DNA from: an uncultured Candidatus Rokubacteria bacterium
Lineage (GTDB): Bacteria; Methylomirabilota; Methylomirabilia; Rokubacteriales; CSP1-6
Reading direction: 5' to 3'
DNA: 64,000 bases
Assembly (NCBI GenBank): GCA_963771355.1
Contig: CAVYTA010000005.1
Span: 1-64,000 of the forward strand
The notes under the pieces were generated by a model that saw only the letters and a list, made by a program, of their open reading frames with translations, searched no databases and was not told where the DNA came from. Both the position numbers and the translations under genes were made by a program. Shown piece by piece: positions 1 through 9,482 of the stretch (position 1 is the stretch's first letter; the number at the start of each line of letters is the position of its first letter).

Positions 1-1
1 C

Positions 2-1351
2 AGTGAGCGTCTGCGGCTCTTCGGGAAGATTGGCGACCTTGAGACGGTCGTCGAGGAAGGGGTCGTGCTTCATGTCGACGCGGAGCGGGATCTCGGCCGG
101 CACCGAGTCGCCGATCTCGACCAGACGATCGGCCAGCCAATCCCCGAGGCCATCGCGCTCGAGGACTGACATGACGACGTCGATGTTGGTCTTGAACTGG
201 ATGAGCCGCTCGCGCGGGTCGGTGACCGGTCCGTTGCTGATCCCCTGGAACTCGACACCGTAGCGTGCCTCGAACGTGCGCGCCAGGGCGACGAAATATT
301 CCGAGTTCATCTTCATCCCGTACGGATGGCTCGGGTAGCCCACCACCTGGTCGCCCGCCCCGGGGATCTTGCCGTTCACCGCGCCGGGCCAGTATCCCTT
401 GGTGGTCGTGCCGATCACGATCATCGGACGGCGATCCGCCGGATCCCAGGCCTCCATGGTCCGGAGCGCGCCCACGATCTGGTCGTAGTCGTGACCATCC
501 GGCAGTGTGAGCACGTTCCAGCCGTACGAAGTCCATTGGTCGACCAGGCGGTAGCCGGAGAACTTGCTGGCCACAACGCCGCCGATCAGCGAATCGTCGA
601 TGCCGGCGTTGTTGTCGGACAGGAAGATCCGGAGCCGCTTGCCGACCTGCAGCGCGATCGCCTGGGTCTTGAGCTCCTGGGCGTGTCCCTCGGTCATGGC
701 GAACTCGCCCTCGAGCGCGATGACCTTCGGGGTTCCCATGGGGGCGCCGATGATGTCCCAGAACGCCGCCTTTCCCGCTGCCGTAGCGATTCCGACGCCC
801 GAGGGGCCCCCGTTGACGTCGTTGGTGAGATCGGTGGACTCGATGTGCCCGGACAGCGCCCGGATGCCGCGCCCCTTCGCCTGGGCGAACAGCGGATGGT
901 CCGACAGCCCTTGGTCCGCGAGCAAGGTCCTCAGCGCGCCGGCGCCGCGACGAAATCCCAGCGCGTCGACCGGCAGCATGGCGACGTCTGGCGCCACGTG
1001 ATAGCGGGGATCGCCCGTCGCGTGATGCTTCCGGTACAGCGCCTGCCCCAGGATCATCCACAGCGCGTAGCAGGTGGGCGCGCAGTGTCCCGCCGCCAGC
1101 ATGAACTTGTCGCCGTACGGATGCTTGGGGCGTCGGTAGTCATAGCGGAGCCCGCCCAGCTCGGGCCCGGCCAGATGCGCCGCTACGTTGAATGGCGTGT
1201 AGGCGAGCGGGCCGCCGAAATGCCCGGTCTGGGCATAATTGCCGAGCAGGGTGAGAGCCATGCAGGTCATGTAGCCGATGTCTTCCAGGCGGCGCCGGTC
1301 GTAGGGAAGCCCTGGTGCCATGTCCGACCGTGGCGACGTGTGAACACTCAT
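2..1351 (-). CDS. Transketolase-like ThDP-dependent enzyme (5' part; runs off the left edge)
   Basis: Not in the ORF track. Manual translation from ATG 1351 (RBS GGAG) gives MSVHTSPRSD...QTGHFGG...DKFMLAAGHCAP...LSGHIES...GPSGVGIATAAGKA...ALEGEFAMTEG...LSDNNAGIDD, matching transketolase N-domain motifs. Confidence 0.75.
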   Translation of the reverse strand, partial: MSVHTSPRSDMAPGLPYDRRRLEDIGYMTCMALTLLGNYAQTGHFGGPLAYTPFNVAAHLAGPELGGLRYDYRRPKHPYGDKFMLAAGHCAPTCYALWMILGQALYRKHHATGDPRYHVAPDVAMLPVDALGFRRGAGALRTLLADQGLSDHPLFAQAKGRGIRALSGHIESTDLTNDVNGGPSGVGIATAAGKAAFWDIIGAPMGTPKVIALEGEFAMTEGHAQELKTQAIALQVGKRLRIFLSDNNAGIDDSLIGGVVASKFSGYRLVDQWTSYGWNVLTLPDGHDYDQIVGALRTMEAWDPADRRPMIVIGTTTKGYWPGAVNGKIPGAGDQVVGYPSHPYGMKMNSEYFVALARTFEARYGVEFQGISNGPVTDPRERLIQFKTNIDVVMSVLERDGLGDWLADRLVEIGDSVPAEIPLRVDMKHDPFLDDRLKVANLPEEPQTLT

Positions 1352-1396
1352 CGAAGTCTCCTGTTCTCCCAGGCAGATCTGAATATTGTGATGGCG

Positions 1397-2437
1397 CTAA
1401 GGCTCGACGCGCTCGATCTTCACGCTCCGACCCGTGCGCGCGGACTCGATCATCGCCAGCGTGACCTCCACGACACGCAGCCCGTCCAGGCCGGTCGCGG
1501 CGGGCTGGCCCCCGGTGGCGGCCGCGCGCTGGAAGTCCTCGATCTCGGCCACGTAGTTCGGCAGCAACGCTTCCGGGTAGTCGGCGGTCTCGTTGACAGT
1601 GTCGCTCGTGATCTCGAAGTGGCCGGTGCGCGCTTCCCACATCGAGTGGTGTCCGGCGATGAGCCCGGTGATCCCGTACACGCGGAAATCGTTGCGCGAA
1701 TCGGGAAGAAGGCGGCTCGCGACCACCTGGCCGAGCGTGCCGTTGTCGAAGCGCAACGTGAGGCAGGCGAGCTGCTCGAGCGGGCGCGCGACCGTCTGGC
1801 CGTCGGTGACCGCAGTGATCTCGTCCACCTCGGCGCCGAGCACGAAGCGCAGCAAGTCGACCGAGTGCACGCCGGTGCCCATCATCGTGGACGCGCCCCC
1901 GATCAGCTCCGGCGTGTCCCACCACTGCGTGAGCGGCGTACGCGGCGGTGAGCCGTCGCGGCCGCGCACGCCGAAGGCCCACTGCGCCTGGGCGAGCACG
2001 ATGCGCCCCAGCGCGCCGGCGGCGACGAGCTCGCGGGCCCGTCTATAGGCCGGGTGCTGGCGCAAGTTGAAGGCCACGCCGAGCGTGACGGCCGCGCGGC
2101 GGCACGCGTGGACCATTCGCACGGCGTCGGCGATCGTCGTGGCCATCGGCTTCTCGCACAGCACGTGCTTTCCGGCTGCCGCCGCCTGGCCGACGTGCTC
2201 GGCGTGCAGGGCGTTCGGCGAGGCCACGAAGACACCGTCGACCCGCGAGTCCTTGAGGAGGTCGCCGAGCTGACTGTACGCCGCGCGCACGTCATGCTTC
2301 TGCGCGAACGCCTCCGCGCGATCCTGATCGCGGCTGTACACTGCGACGAGGTCGCCGCCGTCGGCCGCGGCGATCGCGGGCGCGATCTTGATGTCGGGAT
2401 GTTTGCCGGTGCTGACGATGCCCCATCCGAACGCCAT
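1397..2437 (-). CDS. Gfo/Idh/MocA family oxidoreductase
   Basis: N-terminal Rossmann fold, 'ASPNALH', 'GKHVLCEKPMA', 'GVHSVD'. Confidence 0.9.
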   Translation of the reverse strand: MAFGWGIVSTGKHPDIKIAPAIAAADGGDLVAVYSRDQDRAEAFAQKHDVRAAYSQLGDLLKDSRVDGVFVASPNALHAEHVGQAAAAGKHVLCEKPMATTIADAVRMVHACRRAAVTLGVAFNLRQHPAYRRARELVAAGALGRIVLAQAQWAFGVRGRDGSPPRTPLTQWWDTPELIGGASTMMGTGVHSVDLLRFVLGAEVDEITAVTDGQTVARPLEQLACLTLRFDNGTLGQVVASRLLPDSRNDFRVYGITGLIAGHHSMWEARTGHFEITSDTVNETADYPEALLPNYVAEIEDFQRAAATGGQPAATGLDGLRVVEVTLAMIESARTGRSVKIERVEP

Positions 2438-2452
2438 GGATCCTCCTCGCGA

Positions 2453-3199
2453 TCAGGCCGGCCGGTTCGCCTTGAGGAACGTGCGCACGTGCCGCACCGC
2501 GAGCGGGATCTTCTCCTTCGTGTCCTTCCAGGGGTAGAAGGTCATCTCGGCCTTCGGGGACAGCATCGCCGACTCGAGGGCGGGCTCGTAGGGGTGCGAA
2601 GGGGTCTCGTCCGGCATGACCAGCACGGGCGCCGGGCAGCCCTGGACGACGTCGCGCGGCACGCTGAACACGAAGTCGGCGTTCGTGACGTACATCCGGG
2701 TCAGGAACTTGTCGATCATGTCCATCGTGAGGTCAGGCCGCTGCTTGACCAGCGCCGGCCCCCAGGTCTGCAGGCTGTTGTCGTACATGGGGTTCGATTC
2801 CTTGCGGAAGCCGACGGGCTGCGACACGACGGCGGCGACGATGCGCTCCGGCGCGCGCTCGACCAGCTTCCAGATGAACGGCCCCCCGATGCAGTAGCCG
2901 ATCACCATGAAGCGCTGGATGCCCAGGTGATCCATGAGCGCGAGATGGTCGTCGGCATAGGAGTCCCACGGCCGATCCATCTCGAGCGGCCCGGAGGACT
3001 GGCCGCTCGGTGCGTTGCGCAGGTCGGCCGTGATGCAGCGGTACTCGTCCTTGAATTCCTCGGTCGCGTTGAACGGCGCCCGGTCCGACATGAAGCCGAT
3101 GGTCGAGTTCTGGCCCCCGCCGGGAATGACGAAGAGCGGGAAGCCGGAGCCAGCCTCCTGGTAGTGGATGCGGACAGGGCCCTTCTCGTAAAATGCCAT
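2453..3199 (-). CDS. Alpha/beta hydrolase (Cys at nucleophile elbow)
   Basis: 'IHYQEAGSG', nucleophile elbow G-Y-C-I-G-G. Confidence 0.85.
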   Translation of the reverse strand: MAFYEKGPVRIHYQEAGSGFPLFVIPGGGQNSTIGFMSDRAPFNATEEFKDEYRCITADLRNAPSGQSSGPLEMDRPWDSYADDHLALMDHLGIQRFMVIGYCIGGPFIWKLVERAPERIVAAVVSQPVGFRKESNPMYDNSLQTWGPALVKQRPDLTMDMIDKFLTRMYVTNADFVFSVPRDVVQGCPAPVLVMPDETPSHPYEPALESAMLSPKAEMTFYPWKDTKEKIPLAVRHVRTFLKANRPA

Positions 3200-3263
3200 G
3201 GTGCTCCCCTTTCGCGGCTGGTCTAGGGCGATGGGCAGGATACATCAAACGGAGGGAAGGAAG

Positions 3264-4688
3264 TCATGGTGCGCGCCGCCAGAGCCGCTCGGCCATCACG
3301 CCGACCGCGCGCTCCACCGCCTCCGCAGCATCGAGGATCATGTCCTCGCGGAAGCGACGGCCGACGATCTGGACGCCGACCGGCTGGGCGTCGTTCTCAT
3401 TCGCGGGCACGATGGCCGCGGGCAGGCCCATGAAGTTCATGGCATAGCTGTAGAGCGCGCTGCCGAGCACCTCGCGCACGCCCTCGGCGCCCTGCTCGTC
3501 ACGGTTCCAGGTGAAGATCGGCGCCGGAAGGAACGGGGTGAGGACCAGCGGGTAGTCGGCCATGAACGTGGTCCAGGCGCGAATGAAGCGGTTCCGGTCG
3601 GCGAGCGCCTTGAGGAACTCGAGGCCCTCGAACGGCTGGAAGTAGCGGTAGTACTCGTCGAAGATCGCCACGACGGTCTTCGAGCCGTACTTGCGCACGT
3701 CGGCGTCCATCAGCGCTTTGGCCTCGCCGAAGAGGCAGCGCGCGCCGGTGACGGCTGCCTCCTCGAGGAGGGGCGGCTCGACTTCGCGCACGTCGTACCC
3801 GGCGGCGGCCAGCGCAGTGCGCGCGGTGTCGAGCGCCCGGGCGACCGCGGGGTGCAGGGGGAAGTCGAAGGTGTTCCGGGTGAAGGCGACCTTGATGGGC
3901 CTCGGCTCGGGCGTCCCCTCGAACGGCATGGGCACCTGCCAGGGATCGCGGGGGTCGTAGGCGACGAGCGAGCGCATGGCCAGGCGTACGTCGCGGACCT
4001 CGCGGCAGATCACGCCCTGCACGGACATCACCTGCGCCAGCATGCCGCGCTCGACGGTGGCCGAGGGATTGTAGGCCGGTACCCGGCCGAGACCGGGCTT
4101 CACGGTGGCCGCGCCGCAGGCGTAGGCCGGAAAGCGGAGCGAGCCGCCGATGTCGTTGCCGTGCGCGATCGGGCCGTAGCCCATCATCACCGCGGCGGCC
4201 GCGCCACCCGAGGAGCCGCCGGCCGAGGCGGTGTCGTTCCAGGGATTGAACGTGCGGCCGTGCAGCTCGTTCACCGTGGTCCCACGGAAGGAGAACTCCG
4301 GCGTGTTGGTGCGCCCGACGATGATGGCCCCGGCCCGACGGAGGTTTCGGACCACGGGCGCATCGGCCGGCGCGATCACGCCCTTGAAGGCGACGACGCC
4401 GTTGGGCGTCGCGCACCCCTCTTGATCCACGTTCTCCTTGATCGTGACCGGCACGCCATGCAGCGGCCCGATCGGACCGCCCGCACTCATCGCCTGGTCG
4501 TGTGCCTCGGCCTCGCGCAGCGCGGCCTCACCGAGATCGTCCACCACCGCATTGATCTGGCCATTGGTGGCGCGCATGCGGGCCACCACGCTCCCCACGG
4601 CCTCGACCGCGGTCACGCTGCGCGCTGCGATGGCTTCGGCCAGCTCGCAGGCGCTCCACTGCCACAGCGGCCTATTCGAGGCTGCCAT
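3264..4688 (-). CDS. Amidase signature family protein
   Basis: 'GPLHGVPVTIKEN', 'GGSSGG', 'GNDIGGSLRFPA'. Confidence 0.92.
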   Translation of the reverse strand: MAASNRPLWQWSACELAEAIAARSVTAVEAVGSVVARMRATNGQINAVVDDLGEAALREAEAHDQAMSAGGPIGPLHGVPVTIKENVDQEGCATPNGVVAFKGVIAPADAPVVRNLRRAGAIIVGRTNTPEFSFRGTTVNELHGRTFNPWNDTASAGGSSGGAAAAVMMGYGPIAHGNDIGGSLRFPAYACGAATVKPGLGRVPAYNPSATVERGMLAQVMSVQGVICREVRDVRLAMRSLVAYDPRDPWQVPMPFEGTPEPRPIKVAFTRNTFDFPLHPAVARALDTARTALAAAGYDVREVEPPLLEEAAVTGARCLFGEAKALMDADVRKYGSKTVVAIFDEYYRYFQPFEGLEFLKALADRNRFIRAWTTFMADYPLVLTPFLPAPIFTWNRDEQGAEGVREVLGSALYSYAMNFMGLPAAIVPANENDAQPVGVQIVGRRFREDMILDAAEAVERAVGVMAERLWRRAP

Positions 4689-5814
4689 TGCTCAGGCCGT
4701 AGAAGCCGAGGGCACCGCCGGCGAGCACCTGGTGCTTCGCCTCGGGGGACAGCCGCCCGAGCCGATCGCGGAGCATCTGCGGCGCGCCCGGGAAGAAGCC
4801 GTCCGAGTGCGGATAGTCGGTGGCCCACATGATCTTGTGCGGCCCGATGTAGTCGGCCAGCACCGCGATGCTGCTCTCGACCGGCTCGAACGAGATCCAG
4901 CAGTTGCGCTGGAACAGCTCGCTCGGCCTCGTCTTCGGCGCGGACTCGTTGAAGCCCTGGTCGTCGAAGTGCCGGTCCATGCGGTCGAGCCACGGCGCGA
5001 TCCAGCCGCCGCCCGACTCGAGAAATGCGACGCGCAAGCGCGGGTGACGGTCGACGACGCCGCCCCAGATCACGCTCAGCGCGACCAGCATCATTTCCAT
5101 GGTGTGCGAGATCATGTGGCGCGCGGCGCGGTCCTCCTCGAAGCGGTCGACGCCGACGGTCGGCATCGCGTTGGTCGACCCTTCGTGGAAGCCGATCGAG
5201 AAGTCGAGTTCCTCGGCCATGGCCCAGAACGGCTCGTACATCGAATCGCTGATCATCTTCTTGCCGTGATACGGGTTGGGCCGCAGGAACCCGCCGCGCA
5301 TCCCAAGCTTCTCGCGGGCGTGGCGCATCTCATCGACCGCCAGATCGACCGACTGCATCGGCAGCATCGCGACCCCGAACAGGCGCTCGGGATACGGCGC
5401 GCAGTAGTCGGCCAGCCAGCGGTTGTAGGCGCGGCACATCGCGGCGGCGAGGGCCGGATCCTCGACGGCGCCGGCGAACAGGCCGAGACTGGGATAGAGG
5501 AAGGCGGCATCGATGCCGTCGGCATCCATGTCGACGATGCGCGCGTGCGGGTCGAACCCGCCCTTGCGCCCCTCGGCATACTTCAGGGTGTTGGGCTTGA
5601 CGATCCCCTGTCGGACGCCGACGGAACCCAGGCTGCCGATGCCCCGCGGATTGCCCAGCAGCTTGCCTTCGACGCTCAAGCGTTCCTTGCCGTTGTCGTC
5701 GATGACGAACCGCGGCCGGCGCTCGCGGAATTCGGGATCGATATACCTGTCCCACAGGTCGAGCGGCTCGAGGATGTGGCCGTCCGCGTCGATCACGTTG
5801 TACGCACGCGTCAT
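4672..5814 (-). CDS. Amidohydrolase_2 family metal-dependent hydrolase/decarboxylase
   Basis: 'IDADGH', 'FHEG', 'LESGGGW', 'WATDYPH'; RBS AAGGAGG before ATG 5814. Confidence 0.9.
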   Translation of the reverse strand: MTRAYNVIDADGHILEPLDLWDRYIDPEFRERRPRFVIDDNGKERLSVEGKLLGNPRGIGSLGSVGVRQGIVKPNTLKYAEGRKGGFDPHARIVDMDADGIDAAFLYPSLGLFAGAVEDPALAAAMCRAYNRWLADYCAPYPERLFGVAMLPMQSVDLAVDEMRHAREKLGMRGGFLRPNPYHGKKMISDSMYEPFWAMAEELDFSIGFHEGSTNAMPTVGVDRFEEDRAARHMISHTMEMMLVALSVIWGGVVDRHPRLRVAFLESGGGWIAPWLDRMDRHFDDQGFNESAPKTRPSELFQRNCWISFEPVESSIAVLADYIGPHKIMWATDYPHSDGFFPGAPQMLRDRLGRLSPEAKHQVLAGGALGFYGLSNGSLE

Positions 5815-5827
5815 TGGCAATCCCTCC

Positions 5828-6652
5828 TTACTTCGCGGCCGCCGGGAACGCCGGCAGCTTGCCGATGTCGCGCATGTCGTGCTGGATGACGACGGTCGCT
5901 TTGATATTCGCGACGATCTGCTTCATGCGCTCGATCGAGGCGACCGTCGCGGCGCGGTCGACGTTGAAGTGCGGCACGCCGCCACTGTCGTAGTTCTCGC
6001 GGAAATGGACCAGGTCGCCGGTGAGCAGCACCGGGCCCATGTCCTTGAGCCTGACGAGCAGGCAGCTATGGCCCGGCGTGTGACCCGGCATCCTGAGAAC
6101 GGTCACGCTGCCGTCGCCGAACACGTCCTTGTCCCCGGTCAGCGGCTCGACCTTTCTCTTCTCGTCGATCCAGCTCTTGAAGCCCGCCACATTGGCGCCC
6201 TGCATCGGCGTCGGCGCGATGATCCCGTCCCAGTCGCCCTTGCCGATGAGTAGCGTCGCGTTGGAGAACGGCGCGAGCTGCCCGGTATGGTCGCCGTGAA
6301 AGTGGCTGATGCCAACGTACTTGACCTGGTCGGGGGTGACGTTGAGCTCCTTCAGGCGATCGACGATACCGACTTTCGGCGCGTTGGGACTCGTGCCGGG
6401 GGCGAAGCCGGTGTCCCACACCATGTATTCGGTGCCGTGCTTGATCAGGTAGCAGCTGAACGTGAACGTCAGCTTGAGGTCCTTGTAGGCGAACGTATCG
6501 GTGAAGCGCTGGCCGACGTCCGTCGGCGTGGCGCCCGTGCCGCAGTCGATGCGTGTCAGCGTGACCTCGGCCGGCGCTTGCGCCATCGCCGGCAGGCCGG
6601 TGAGAACGTTGGCGCACAGGCCAACCGCGAACAGGATCGTGGCTTTCAGCAT
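5828..6652 (-). CDS. N-acyl homoserine lactonase-like metallo-beta-lactamase fold protein with signal peptide
   Basis: HFHGDH, GHTPGH and LLTGDLVH motifs; hydrophobic N-terminus ending AMAQA. Confidence 0.85.
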   Translation of the reverse strand: MLKATILFAVGLCANVLTGLPAMAQAPAEVTLTRIDCGTGATPTDVGQRFTDTFAYKDLKLTFTFSCYLIKHGTEYMVWDTGFAPGTSPNAPKVGIVDRLKELNVTPDQVKYVGISHFHGDHTGQLAPFSNATLLIGKGDWDGIIAPTPMQGANVAGFKSWIDEKRKVEPLTGDKDVFGDGSVTVLRMPGHTPGHSCLLVRLKDMGPVLLTGDLVHFRENYDSGGVPHFNVDRAATVASIERMKQIVANIKATVVIQHDMRDIGKLPAFPAAAK

Positions 6653-6698
6653 GGTCTCCTCCCCACAGCGAGTCGAAGTGGTGTTGTGCACGACATGA

Positions 6699-7541
6699 CT
6701 AGTTCTTCTTCGGGGACCAGCCATACGCCTTGGCGCAGGCGCCGCCCATCAGGACTGCGCGTTCACTGGCGCTCAGGCGATCGGTCTGGCGAAAGGGCTC
6801 GACGGCCTGTTCGTAGTTGACGACGGCGAAGGCGCGAGTCCAGTCGGTCCCCCACAGGCAACGTTCGAGGCCCCAGGCGTCGAACACGCGAGCGAGAGGG
6901 TCCCAGATGTCCGGGAACGGATAGGGTTCCCGGGACAGCGTGCAGGCACCGCTGACCTTGATCACCGCGTTCCGGCGCTTGGCGAGATCGAGCACCTTGG
7001 GCAGATCGGCCCAGGGCTGCGGCGGGGCGGGCGGCGTTCGGGGCTGCATGATGGCCAGATGGTCGATGATGAATCGCGTGTCGGGGTGGCGGTCGATGAG
7101 CGCCGCGCCCGCGTCCACGTTGCCCCAGCACAGCATGTTGACCGGAAGGTCGTGCCGGACCGCTGCGCGCAGGATCCGGTCGAGGCCCGGGTCGCGCGGA
7201 TCGCGCCCCGCCTCCTTCGTCATCATGATCCGGATGCCGACCGTGCCCGGCGTTCTCTTCCAGTCGGCGATGACGTCGGCGACGGCCGGATCATCCGGAT
7301 CGACCGGCTTGACGAGGGCGAACCGGCCGGGATGAGCCCGTTGCACTTCCACTGCATAGCTCGCGTCGTAGCGGTACATGGAAAAGGCGGAGATGAAGAT
7401 CGCGCCGTCGACGCCGACCCTGTCCATCGCCGCCACCATCTCGTCACCGGTGACGTGATCGGGCCAGTTCGGGACAGTGTGCCAGGGCCGTTTCGATGTG
7501 TTCGCCTCGTAGACGTGGACCTGGGAATCGATGGTGGCCAT
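6699..7541 (-). CDS. Amidohydrolase_2 family (lactonase-like) protein
   Basis: 'IDSQVH', 'IIDHL', 'WGTDW'. Confidence 0.85.
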   Translation of the reverse strand: MATIDSQVHVYEANTSKRPWHTVPNWPDHVTGDEMVAAMDRVGVDGAIFISAFSMYRYDASYAVEVQRAHPGRFALVKPVDPDDPAVADVIADWKRTPGTVGIRIMMTKEAGRDPRDPGLDRILRAAVRHDLPVNMLCWGNVDAGAALIDRHPDTRFIIDHLAIMQPRTPPAPPQPWADLPKVLDLAKRRNAVIKVSGACTLSREPYPFPDIWDPLARVFDAWGLERCLWGTDWTRAFAVVNYEQAVEPFRQTDRLSASERAVLMGGACAKAYGWSPKKN

Positions 7542-7758
7542 CGGAACGTTCCTCCGTGCCAAGCGGGTTCGTCACCTCTATCCATATCGGGCGGGAGGTC
7601 CGGAGAATAGCCGGTGTCGCCGGCAGAGGCAACGTGAAAGGCGCAGGGCCCATCGCGCGGCTCCCAGTGGGCCTATACTCTCTCCGGACGTGCCGAGCGC
7701 AGCATGCGTTGGCTGCGCGGGCGTAACCCCTGTGCATCACGGAGGCGGGAGGTCGGTC

Positions 7759-8451
7759 ATGACCGTGCGGCTGGAGTCGGTGACGTTCACGAGCGGAGAC
7801 GGGGCGACGCGCGTCCCGTCGTACCTGGCCATCCCGGACCGCGACGGGCCCCATCCGGTCGTGTTGATTCTCCGGGGCGTGGCTGGACCGGACGACGGGT
7901 ACACGGAGATTGCCCGGCGCCTCGCCGAGTGGGGCTATGTGGCCCTGGTACACGGCTGGAAGGTTCGCGGGGCCGACCCGGCGGATGAGCCCGTGTACGC
8001 CGATCTGCAGGGAGCAATGTCCTTCCTGGGTTCGGTCGGACCGGCTGATCTCAAGAGACTGGCCGTCCTCGGCTTCTGTCGCGGTGGGGTGCACGCGCTC
8101 ATGGCAGCCCGAGCGCACGCGGAGATCCGCGTGATCGTCGTCTTCCACGGCTTCGCCTTCCGGCCGGCGGGGGCTCAGCCAGGCGCCGAGCCCTACGATC
8201 TCGCCGGGGGCGTGAACGTCCCCATGCTGGTGCTGCACGGTACGGAGGACGAGCGGGCGCCCATGGCGGAAATGCGTCGGATGGAGGCACGGATGCGGGC
8301 CCTCGGCAAGGTCTGCGCCTTCGTGTTCTACGACGCCGCCCGCCACGGCTTTGCCGTGCGCACCCACCCCGGCTATGCCGAGGATGCGGCGAAGCAGAGC
8401 TTCGACGAGGCCAAGCGCTTCCTGGCGAGATACCTGCCCGTTACTGGATAA
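7759..8451 (+). CDS. Dienelactone hydrolase family protein
   Basis: 'GFCRGG', 'HGTED', 'ARHGF' catalytic triad; RBS GGAGG before ATG 7759. Confidence 0.9.
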   Translation: MTVRLESVTFTSGDGATRVPSYLAIPDRDGPHPVVLILRGVAGPDDGYTEIARRLAEWGYVALVHGWKVRGADPADEPVYADLQGAMSFLGSVGPADLKRLAVLGFCRGGVHALMAARAHAEIRVIVVFHGFAFRPAGAQPGAEPYDLAGGVNVPMLVLHGTEDERAPMAEMRRMEARMRALGKVCAFVFYDAARHGFAVRTHPGYAEDAAKQSFDEAKRFLARYLPVTG

Positions 8452-8501
8452 GATTGACAGCGGCGCGGGCTGATTGCACGCGTGAGAGGAGACGGGCACG
8501 A

Positions 8502-8960
8502 ATGGCGACCGACCGACGACAGCAGATCCGGCTGAGCCCCGACGAGCAGGCCGCGTTCTTCCGGGAACGCAAGAAGGCCGCCCTGGCCACCATCGACAAG
8601 GACGGCTTCCCCCATGTCGTGGCCATGAACTACTTCGCGCGGGACGGCGCATTCTACATGACCTCGTACGGGAAGGCGCAGAAGGTCGTCAACATCCGCC
8701 GGAATCCCAAGGTGGCGTTGATGATCGAGGCCGGCGACGAGTACGCCGAACTGCGGGGCGTGATGATCCGGGGGCGCTGCGAGGTCCTCGAGGACGAAAC
8801 CAGCGTCAGGGCGGCGTTCGAGGCGCGGGCGGGGGCACAAGCGAGTGCGTCGCCGGTCCAGCCGGGAGCGCTGGCCAGCGCGCCGAAGCGCGTGGTGCTC
8901 AAGATCGTTCCGGAGAAGGTGGTCAGCTGGGACCACCGCAAGCTCGGCGGACGATACTGA
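8502..8960 (+). CDS. Pyridoxamine 5'-phosphate oxidase-like (PPOX class, possibly F420-dependent) protein
   Basis: 'LATIDKDGFPHVVAM', 'QKVVNIRRNPKVAL', 'SWDHRKLGG'. Confidence 0.85.
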   Translation: MATDRRQQIRLSPDEQAAFFRERKKAALATIDKDGFPHVVAMNYFARDGAFYMTSYGKAQKVVNIRRNPKVALMIEAGDEYAELRGVMIRGRCEVLEDETSVRAAFEARAGAQASASPVQPGALASAPKRVVLKIVPEKVVSWDHRKLGGRY

Positions 8961-9098
8961 CCGGCGGACGGAGGAGAGCGAGACGGACAGGCGGTGTGGG
9001 TGTGCGACGGGAAGGGGTGGGGCCGCTTGGGCCAGCAAACGGCGACAGGTTCAACGCGGCCGATGGGCCTAGACCTGAACTTCGAAAAGGAACCAGCG

Positions 9099-9407
9099 CT
9101 ATTTCGGTCCGAACACATCGATGGCGATACGGCCAGCGTTGACCGCGCAGGGCCAGCCAGCATAGAACGCCACGTGGGTGATCAGCCCCTTCAACTCGGT
9201 CTCCGTTACCCCATTGTCGAGTGCCCTCTGCATGTGGCCCCGCATCTCGTCGGTCCGGTAGAGCGCAGCCAGCATGGCCACGGTGATCAGACTACGGTCA
9301 CGCTTGCTGAGGTCGGGATGCTCCCATACGTCGCCGAACAGCACGTCGTCGCGGAGTTGCCCCAGCTTGGGAATGAATTCGTACACCGTTGGTTTGTTCT
9401 GAGGCAT
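9099..9407 (-). CDS. Carboxymuconolactone decarboxylase family protein
   Basis: 'DVLFGDVWE...LSKRDRSLITVA...H..RALDNG...YAGWP'. Confidence 0.9.
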   Translation of the reverse strand: MPQNKPTVYEFIPKLGQLRDDVLFGDVWEHPDLSKRDRSLITVAMLAALYRTDEMRGHMQRALDNGVTETELKGLITHVAFYAGWPCAVNAGRIAIDVFGPK

Positions 9408-9482
9408 GGGTCGATCTCCTCGTGCATGGGTCGCGTTGGCGGTGGCGAATCTCCGGAATACTCGATGGCCAGGTCAGAGAGT

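Noticed and set aside
326..5889. Long plus-strand ORFs (541, 390, 544, 483 aa) and similar ones across the window
   Set aside because: Antisense shadows of real high-GC genes, with no recognisable motifs.
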